Source of the DNA: a virus
Lineage: Duplodnaviria; Heunggongvirae; Uroviricota; Caudoviricetes
Reading direction: 5' to 3' (one strand)
Virus record (IMG/VR): IMGVR_UViG_2690316343_000010
DNA length: 7,751 nucleotides
Position numbers and translations under genes: made by a program. Positions 1 through 6,378 of the stretch are shown here, in pieces. The notes under the pieces were generated by a model. That model was given only the letters and a program-made list of their open reading frames with translations, made no database searches and was not told the DNA's origin. Every line of letters begins with the position of its first letter. Position 1 is the first letter of the stretch.

Positions 1-787
<787 letters not shown>

Positions 788-883
788 ATATATATGTATT
801 TTCTCTGTTAAGCGTGAGCTACGTGAAAAATAATTTTTGGTGTGGGTATTAACTTTGCTTTATTCACGTAGAACACCGTTAAA

Positions 884-3064
884 TCATTCTTCCTCTGGAT
901 AGCTTGAACTTAAGAGCATATCCTGCGTGAACTGGTCATTAGCTGATTGATTGAAAGTAAAGAAAGATGGTTCATCTGGTCGAACGACAACTTGACCACC
1001 AAGTGAAACTTTCACTGGCTCCTGAATACGCTTACTCAAAGCACTAATTTCATCCCTCAGACCCTGAATATCTGCACTCGTTAATGCTGAATCTTGCTTA
1101 ATGTTGTTTAACTCTGGATGATTGAATCTTGCAATATTCATTGTGGCATTGTTAAACAATTCACCCATTGAACTAAAAATTCTACTCCATCCTTCGTTAA
1201 TCATATTCGGTTTATTAGGGTCACCAGAATACACGGGATTAAAGTCACTACCCACACCTACCCCAGACGGATGCATATTAGCGTTTTTGACTACTTCCTG
1301 ATTCATAAAATCCAGTGCTTTCTTCAATGCATATAAACCAAGAGTGACGCCTCTGATTTGTGGAATCATTGAAGCTAATGCTAACGCTGTTTCATAACCG
1401 TCATCAGCATAACCAATTGCAAGAGCACTACCTACACCACCAGCTACACCTTTCAGTTTTCCACCACCTTTACCAGTAGCTACCTGACCAGCCACCTGAT
1501 TAGCTCTTGTACCTAACGTTGTGATTGCTCTTGTCAGGTTCATAACCCCTGTAGTAGCACTGAATAGCGTCTTTGCAGATAACGCTATAGCAAGACCTTT
1601 GACGAAGTTGATAAAACCATCACCGACTTCATCAAGTAGTTTTCGTTTAGTGTCATCAAGGCTGTAATAGAACTTCTTAGTCTGTAAAATCCAGCCTTCA
1701 ATGGTGTTATTGAATACGCGAATATCATCTACACCAGCTTTAAGCATGTCGATAAGTCCACCGATAGCATCACCAGCGATAGAAGAACTCATCCCCATTT
1801 CACTAAGCAGGTTACTCAGGCTGGATAAGAAGCCGTTTAGCTCATCCTGTGAACCTGAGAAGATTTTCACCATCGTATCATCCCAATTGTTTGCTAACTT
1901 ACCTAAAGCTGTCTGAGTGCTCTTAGTGACTTCAGCCCAGCCACCCGCTTTATCAATCATCAAGCCCATCTGTTTAGCGACTTTAGGGAGAGTATCAGCG
2001 GAAAGTACCTTCCCGTTTTTCATGGCTGCATCAAGCTCTGTAGCAGTCATACCCAATGCTTCAGCGAATAGCTTAAATGCACCAGCCATACGGTCACCTA
2101 ACTGCCCACGTAATTCCTCAGCCTGAATCTTGCCCTTGCTCGCCATCTGCTCAAATGCTCTCAAAATGCCGTTTAGCTCATCGTTAGAAAGCCCCATTAA
2201 GCGACTCATAGCCGTTGCATTACCAAATAGCTCCTGTGTCTGTTCCTGTGACATAGAACCCTGAGCACCTGCTGCAAACTTAGCGTAGCTTGATAGCCCT
2301 TCAGAGATATTAAGACCTGTCTTGTCTGCTAAATTTCGAATAAATACCTCAGCTTCAGATGCTTTATCACCAAGTACAAACTTAGCGGCTCTCTGTGCGG
2401 AATCTCGTTTAAGACCTGCATTCATAATGGCCTTGTAAGCGTTAAGAGCACCCATCACAGAGTAAAATGCACCAGATAATTTAATCGCATTGCTTGCAAG
2501 ATTATTAAATGCGTCGCTTGTATTGTTAATGCTGGCGGTCTTTGTCTGTGACCTGAGTTTATTCAACGTTTCACGAAGAGATTGATTTAATTTTGCAAGT
2601 TCAGCGTTAAACTTTTCACTTCCAATATTACCAGCCTTACCGCTTAAGCTGTAATACTGTGCTTTAAACATTTTAGCCATCAGCGGATTAATATCACCAA
2701 GCTTAGACATATTCACGCTATGCGCTGCTGTGATTGCTCTGTTTCCGCTAATTCGTGGTTGCCTTGATTGTTTTGGAGGATTAACAGTGTCATTAAATCT
2801 GGTGGCAAACTGAAATGCTTTTGTGCTTCTTGCTCTCTGCTCAATCTTGTCAAAGGTCTTATTAAACTTCCTTTCAAGCTGCCCTAAAGAACTTGTCAGA
2901 TTGCTGTCAAGTTGCTTGGTATCGACCTTAAACGCTCTATTCAAATTGCGTTCAATTCTTTGTGCTGACTGCAAAGCTGCCTTTTCAACTCTTTGCAAGC
3001 CCTTAATAACGTTTTCACTGAAACTAAGTTCAACGATAAAACTATCAACTGTGAATTTGCTCAT
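884..3064 (-). CDS. Phage tail tape measure protein (726 aa)
   Basis: Coiled-coil-like N-terminus, then a segment (GNATAMSRLMGLSNDELNGILRAFEQMASKGKIQAEELRGQLGDRMAGAFKLFAEALGMTATELDAAMKNGKVLSADTLPKVAKQM) that matches my memory of the lambda-H-type tape measure domain, then Gly/Ala-rich hydrophobic segments typical of these proteins. ATG at 3064 with RBS AGAGGTGA upstream. Family call is from motif memory, not a search. Confidence 0.85.
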   Translation of the reverse strand: MSKFTVDSFIVELSFSENVIKGLQRVEKAALQSAQRIERNLNRAFKVDTKQLDSNLTSSLGQLERKFNKTFDKIEQRARSTKAFQFATRFNDTVNPPKQSRQPRISGNRAITAAHSVNMSKLGDINPLMAKMFKAQYYSLSGKAGNIGSEKFNAELAKLNQSLRETLNKLRSQTKTASINNTSDAFNNLASNAIKLSGAFYSVMGALNAYKAIMNAGLKRDSAQRAAKFVLGDKASEAEVFIRNLADKTGLNISEGLSSYAKFAAGAQGSMSQEQTQELFGNATAMSRLMGLSNDELNGILRAFEQMASKGKIQAEELRGQLGDRMAGAFKLFAEALGMTATELDAAMKNGKVLSADTLPKVAKQMGLMIDKAGGWAEVTKSTQTALGKLANNWDDTMVKIFSGSQDELNGFLSSLSNLLSEMGMSSSIAGDAIGGLIDMLKAGVDDIRVFNNTIEGWILQTKKFYYSLDDTKRKLLDEVGDGFINFVKGLAIALSAKTLFSATTGVMNLTRAITTLGTRANQVAGQVATGKGGGKLKGVAGGVGSALAIGYADDGYETALALASMIPQIRGVTLGLYALKKALDFMNQEVVKNANMHPSGVGVGSDFNPVYSGDPNKPNMINEGWSRIFSSMGELFNNATMNIARFNHPELNNIKQDSALTSADIQGLRDEISALSKRIQEPVKVSLGGQVVVRPDEPSFFTFNQSANDQFTQDMLLSSSYPEEE

Positions 3065-3096
3065 TCATGTTTCACCTCTTTAAGTGTTCATATACG

Positions 3097-3137
3097 AAAA
3101 AGGGAAAGACTACCGATATCACTCGATAATCTCTCCC
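3097..3137 (-). terminator. Weak intrinsic-terminator-like hairpin between the 68-aa gene and the tape measure gene
   Basis: On the minus strand, GGGAGAGA (3137..3130) pairs with TCTTTCCC (3109..3102) as an 8-bp stem with one G-U, followed by TTTTT (3101..3097). The 20-nt loop is long, so at most a partial attenuator. Confidence 0.25.
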
Positions 3138-3162
3138 GTAGATTTTCACCCAACCAATCTTG

Positions 3163-3369
3163 TTACCTAACCAGATAATAATTACCATCTTCACCAACAA
3201 TCTGACAATCACTTGGTAATTTATCAAGACACCACTTAGCTATTTTCCTGATTCTATTCTTTTGCTTAGAGGAGGTGAATGATTTGATTCGTTTTGGTTT
3301 GTTGGGTTGTTCTTTCAATCGTTCACTAATTGCTTTAATAAGCTCATAGCGTTCTGTTAAATCAATCAT
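3163..3369 (-). CDS. Hypothetical basic protein (68 aa)
   Basis: Complete ORF with an AAAAGGTGG RBS-like sequence upstream of ATG 3369. Lys/Arg-rich. No recognisable motif. Confidence 0.5.
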   Translation of the reverse strand: MIDLTERYELIKAISERLKEQPNKPKRIKSFTSSKQKNRIRKIAKWCLDKLPSDCQIVGEDGNYYLVR

Positions 3370-3393
3370 TCACCACCACCTTTTAATTATTAA

Positions 3394-4104
3394 TTAAATA
3401 GCCTTTGCATATTTGCTAGAAATCTTCGTAAGCTGCTCAATATCAGCCTGCATAGCAATCTTCTTAGCATCTTCATATTCTTTCACAAGCTCTTTCATAG
3501 CCTGAAGCTCTCTTGAGAGATACAACTTAACATTATCAAGTTGCTTGTTACGTGATGCCAAGATGTTCTGTCTAGCAATTTCAGCGAGTTCTTCATCGCT
3601 CTTATTAGTCATGTAAATAAACTGACCAGCACCTCTTGATGCCTTAACCATCTTCACAATTCGATGTCCAGCAGGAAGACTACTAATCACGGCTGCGACG
3701 TTTTCTTGAAAAGTACCAAAACCATCATTATCTTCGTATTGGTAATAGACAAATGGTTTCTGTGACAATTCATCCTGAATCTCAAATTCTGACGGCTCAA
3801 TAGCTGATTGCATCAAGGTAACTTTGCTGTAAGCGTCATCTAATCTAAGGCGCTGTTCTTTCAGCAGTTGGTAATATTTCTTTTCAAGCTCAAGTAATGC
3901 TTCACTCTTGCAAATATCAGGCATCTCTTGAGGCTCAGGAGACACAAAGATGGTTGTTTTTGGTGACATCTTTAGCGATTGCTCAAGCTCAATACGCTTG
4001 TCATGCTCTTTACGCTGAATAGTGATAGCTGGATGTTCAGTCTGTGGCGACCAGTCACTGAAGCTATCAATCACTTTGCCATTAATGTAAATATCATTTG
4101 TCAT
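3394..4104 (-). CDS. Hypothetical protein (236 aa from ATG 4104; ORF track extends to a GTG at 4152)
   Basis: ATG at 4104 is preceded by GAGGAAAAG with a 7-nt spacer. Coiled-coil-rich C-terminus. Function not recognised; sits just upstream of the tape measure. Confidence 0.6.
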   Translation of the reverse strand: MTNDIYINGKVIDSFSDWSPQTEHPAITIQRKEHDKRIELEQSLKMSPKTTIFVSPEPQEMPDICKSEALLELEKKYYQLLKEQRLRLDDAYSKVTLMQSAIEPSEFEIQDELSQKPFVYYQYEDNDGFGTFQENVAAVISSLPAGHRIVKMVKASRGAGQFIYMTNKSDEELAEIARQNILASRNKQLDNVKLYLSRELQAMKELVKEYEDAKKIAMQADIEQLTKISSKYAKAI

Positions 4105-4327
4105 TGCTTTTCCTCTTCTAAGCGGAAGTGTTTCAGTTTTTAAAAAGCACACCTGACAGCCTATCTAAACTTAGAAGAGACTTAAAAGGCGGTTTGCCAA
4201 GTATGCTTTTTAAAAGCTGAATAGCCCTAGATAATTTCTTATAAAGGGCCATTCATAAGGTGAAGAAATTAAAACATCTAAAGGATTCAAAAAGGATTCA
4301 AACGAATGAACAAGAGTACTTTTCGAG

Positions 4328-4383
4328 ATGACCTCTCAGACTAACCTGAAAGGTCATGTAGCGAAAAGCATTGCACCTTTCAG
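4328..4383 (-). promoter_or_regulatory. Mutually exclusive hairpin pair in the intergenic leader (candidate attenuator or riboregulatory element)
   Basis: Plus-strand segment 4346-4357 (ctgaaaggtcat) can pair either with 4328-4339 (atgacctctcag, 12-bp stem with one mismatch) or with 4375-4383 (acctttcag, 9 bp). It lies in a 350-bp non-coding gap between two minus-strand operons. Confidence 0.25.
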
Positions 4384-4502
4384 AATAACTATCATTGATG
4401 TAGAATGATTAATAGTTTAATTCAGGAAGAGTTGCTCTTCCCTATTACCATCATCTCATGCTTAAGGTTATTTGTCAACAGCTTTTTAACAGATTGGTAA
4501 CA

Positions 4503-4580
4503 TCAATTCTTATTTACCGTATTACCTACCCAGCAACCAACAAATAACCCTAAAGTCATCCAGAGAATAACGAGTGTCAT
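4503..4580 (-). CDS. 25-aa hydrophobic micro-protein (MTLVILWMTLGLFVGCWVGNTVNKN), predicted single transmembrane helix
   Basis: ATG 4580..4578 overlaps the TAA stop of the upstream 101-aa gene (TAATG) and is preceded by GAGGTG at a 5-nt spacing. Below the ORF-track length cutoff. I translated it codon by codon. Confidence 0.4.
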   Translation of the reverse strand: MTLVILWMTLGLFVGCWVGNTVNKN

Positions 4581-4885
4581 TACATCACCTCGCTGTAAGG
4601 GTTTAATTCATTCTGATAGGTCAAGAATACATTCAGCTTCAATAATTGCTCAGGGCTTAAATCAAGTCGATTGCACTCTTCAATGATAAAGCGCTTATTG
4701 TATGGGTCTGTTACTTCCAGCTTGTGAACATAGTCACCAAGTTTAATTTCGTTGATTATATGCTTGTCAATATACGTTGACGCTTCAAAACAATGCATGA
4801 AATAGATATTAAAGCCCGACCTGTTCAGGTCAATCAACCAATTCATGGTTTCTTGGTCAACCATAATTTGCATTGGGTAATTCAT
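4580..4885 (-). CDS. Hypothetical protein (101 aa)
   Basis: Complete ORF with AGGAAGGA upstream of ATG 4885. No recognisable domain. Confidence 0.6.
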   Translation of the reverse strand: MNYPMQIMVDQETMNWLIDLNRSGFNIYFMHCFEASTYIDKHIINEIKLGDYVHKLEVTDPYNKRFIIEECNRLDLSPEQLLKLNVFLTYQNELNPYSEVM

Positions 4886-5031
4886 TTTTAAAATCCTTCC
4901 TGTATCGCATTCTAAGACGTTTTAACCCCTTTTTTAGACCACTTAAGGCGATTCCCTAAGTTACCCTGATTAGGGGCTTAAAAACGTTTCTGGTGCGTCT
5001 GGTAAAGCCTGAGAGATATGTTTTGCTGTTT

Positions 5032-5247
5032 TTAGCTCAAGTCTGAGACTAATAGCCCCATCTGGTGACCGTAGTCTTTTAACCAGCTTTGCTTAACCGG
5101 AGTCTTCAGAGAATAGTTAGGGGCTGACAAGTGAAGATAGATATCATCTTTGCCGTGGATACTTCCCCATCCTTCGTATAACTCAAGCAAGTTTTCAAAA
5201 TAACGAAATGCTTTATTAGTCTGAAGTTGTACTGTGATAGTTTTCAT
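5032..5247 (-). CDS. Hypothetical protein (71 aa from ATG 5247)
   Basis: ATG 5247..5245 overlaps the TGA stop of the upstream gene (TGATG) and has a G-rich SD (GGGGTG). The ORF-track start at 5259 has no RBS. Confidence 0.55.
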   Translation of the reverse strand: MKTITVQLQTNKAFRYFENLLELYEGWGSIHGKDDIYLHLSAPNYSLKTPVKQSWLKDYGHQMGLLVSDLS

Positions 5248-5468
5248 CAAGCACCCCATTCAGAAATAAGCTTAATTCCCTGCTCAAGCTGTTCAGGGTC
5301 GTTATAGTCGAGTATTACCAGTGGCTTTAATTCGTGTTTAAGCTGGTGGATTTGAGAGGGTTTTAATCGTTTGTTTGCTTTGAGGGTCACATCTTCAAAT
5401 TCAGCATCTGCTAAATTCTGTCTGATTAGGTGGCGGCCAAGTGTGGAATATTGGAACCTATAACACAT
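5247..5468 (-). CDS. Hypothetical protein (73 aa)
   Basis: ATG 5468..5466 overlaps the TAA stop of the upstream gene (TAATG), indicating translational coupling. Confidence 0.55.
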   Translation of the reverse strand: MCYRFQYSTLGRHLIRQNLADAEFEDVTLKANKRLKPSQIHQLKHELKPLVILDYNDPEQLEQGIKLISEWGA

Positions 5469-5758
5469 TAAACCTCCAATCTATCCGCCAGTTGATGGAC
5501 CTTAGCGCTTAACACCTGAATCATTGAGCAACCTGCTACTGCGGACTGTGCTTTGAGTAGTTCCAGTTGGCCCGTTGTGATTCTGATGGCCTTAGAACCC
5601 TCTGCGACGCCCTTAACGTTATCGAAAGGGCTAAGGTTTACCGACTCTTTTAAAATCTCCCCAACAAGCGCTGTGTGCTTCATATCGGGATATTTGGCTT
5701 TGATTGCTGCCAGTCGTTCAAATGCCTCTGGCAAAAGGCGCGTAACTGTGTGAGTCAT
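5468..5758 (-). CDS. Putative ribbon-helix-helix DNA-binding regulator (96 aa from ATG 5758)
   Basis: ATG 5758 is preceded by AAGGAG with a 9-nt spacer. N-terminus THTVTRLLPEAFERLAAIKAKYPDMKHTALVGEILKES fits the beta-strand, helix, turn, helix pattern of Arc/MetJ/CopG-type ribbon-helix-helix proteins. It is the first gene after a divergent promoter pair. Fold assignment is from motif memory only. Confidence 0.55.
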   Translation of the reverse strand: MTHTVTRLLPEAFERLAAIKAKYPDMKHTALVGEILKESVNLSPFDNVKGVAEGSKAIRITTGQLELLKAQSAVAGCSMIQVLSAKVHQLADRLEV

Positions 5759-5794
5759 TGTAAAAATCTCCTTAAATCTCTTACTCATACTACA

Positions 5795-5823
5795 ATCTTA
5801 ACATCTATTTAACATATTGTCAG
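5795..5823 (-). promoter_or_regulatory. Sigma70-like promoter (leftward) for the regulator operon
   Basis: Minus strand: -35 CTGACA (5823..5818), 17-nt spacer, -10 TAAGAT (5800..5795), about 40 nt upstream of ATG 5758. Confidence 0.35.
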
Positions 5824-5845
5824 TACCTCATTTACATGATACTAT
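5817..5845 (+). promoter_or_regulatory. Sigma70-like promoter (rightward) with extended -10
   Basis: Plus strand: -35 TTGTCA (5817-5822), 17-nt spacer, TG-n-TACTAT (5837-5845). Its -35 overlaps the -35 of the leftward promoter, a back-to-back divergent arrangement. Confidence 0.4.
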
Positions 5846-5895
5846 GGTTGTAGGGGCTGATACAGGTGCTGTTTCCTTTCACAAAAGGAAAATTA

Positions 5896-6072
5896 ATGCA
5901 TGATTTTTTCACAGCAATTATTGAATCTCATCGTTTTAGCTCGTTGGGCTTTGCGGTATTTATTGTGCTATTGGTGTTTTGCGTTATGAATCGAGTCATT
6001 ACAAAAAAGACAAAGCTTACAATTCGACTTAAACTTCTTCGTGTTGAGATAGAGATTTCAGTAAATAAATAG
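5896..6072 (+). CDS. Small membrane protein (58 aa from ATG 5896): one hydrophobic helix followed by a basic C-terminal tail
   Basis: The only plus-strand ORF that lies in an intergenic gap. AAGGAAAA RBS 6 nt before ATG 5896, and the rightward promoter sits about 50 nt upstream. Sequence MHDFFTAIIESHRFSSLGFAVFIVLLVFCVMNRVITKKTKLTIRLKLLRVEIEISVNK. Convergent with the replication operon. Confidence 0.4.
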   Translation: MHDFFTAIIESHRFSSLGFAVFIVLLVFCVMNRVITKKTKLTIRLKLLRVEIEISVNK

Positions 6073-6159
6073 CTGGTGGCCTTACCGGCACTTTCCCTTG
6101 ATAATATTGGTGGCCCTCAGATTACCGGGGTCACCGTCTTTTAATCGTAGCTGGTGGAC
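6070..6159 (+). repeat. Cluster of Chi-like octamers: GCTGGTGG at 6072-6079 and 6150-6157, plus a partial copy attGGTGG at 6106-6113
   Basis: Exact matches to the E. coli-type Chi sequence 5'-GCTGGTGG-3', all in the same orientation on the plus strand. I found no other copy in the window on either strand. The three copies also form direct repeats (agcTGGTGGcc, attGGTGGccc, agcTGGTGGac). Confidence 0.5.
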
Positions 6160-6378
6160 TGAATCCCATAAATCGTAATGATACAGCACCGCAAACTTCA
6201 AAGCGTCAATCTTTAAATCTGTCACATCATCGACGAAATAATAATCCCTCCCTTCTTTCTTCGGTCGAATCCGGTAAACTTCCCCGTGAGTATCTTTCAT
6301 CAAGTAACCTTCACGAGAAATGCTGTAACGTCTGAGTAAATAGTCACGGTATTTTCTCTCGCCATTATAAGTTTTCAT
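6082..6378 (-). CDS. Hypothetical protein (98 aa), translationally coupled to the replication initiator
   Basis: ATG 6378..6376 overlaps the TAA stop of the upstream gene (TAATG) and has a GGAGGA SD. No recognisable domain. Confidence 0.6.
   Translation of the reverse strand: MKTYNGERKYRDYLLRRYSISREGYLMKDTHGEVYRIRPKKEGRDYYFVDDVTDLKIDALKFAVLYHYDLWDSVHQLRLKDGDPGNLRATNIIKGKCR

Noticed and set aside
1701-3178. Plus-strand ORFs 1701..1916, 1917..2126, 2823..3083 and 2993..3178 from the ORF track
   Set aside because: All lie antisense within or across the strongly supported minus-strand tape measure gene, have no RBS, and give low-complexity translations. They are shadow ORFs.
4133-4252. Minus-strand 39-codon ORF (MALYKKLSRAIQLLKSILGKPPFKSLLSLDRLSGVLFKN) in the structured intergenic region
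   Set aside because: No recognisable Shine-Dalgarno upstream of either candidate ATG (4256 or 4252), and it overlaps the predicted leader of the 236-aa gene. Kept only as a possibility; ribosome profiling would settle it.
4280-4303. GGATTCAAA-containing tandem repeat that superficially resembles a tRNA T-arm
   Set aside because: No acceptor stem, D-arm or anticodon arm can be built around it on either strand; it is a simple 12-bp tandem duplication.
4948-4978. CCCTAA ... TTAGGG inverted repeat (telomere-like hexamers) in the 4886-5031 intergenic gap
   Set aside because: Only one copy of each arm, forming an ordinary 6-bp stem-loop with no following U-tract. The resemblance to eukaryotic telomere repeats is coincidental.
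5553-5753. Plus-strand ORF of 66 aa
   Set aside because: Entirely antisense to the RHH-like gene, Ser-rich, no RBS.
6080-6095. ACCGGCACTTT, which resembles the Haemophilus uptake signal sequence core (reverse complement ACCGCACTT)
   Set aside because: It carries an extra G and so is not an exact match to the 9-mer core, and it occurs once only. Insufficient to infer a host or an uptake function.
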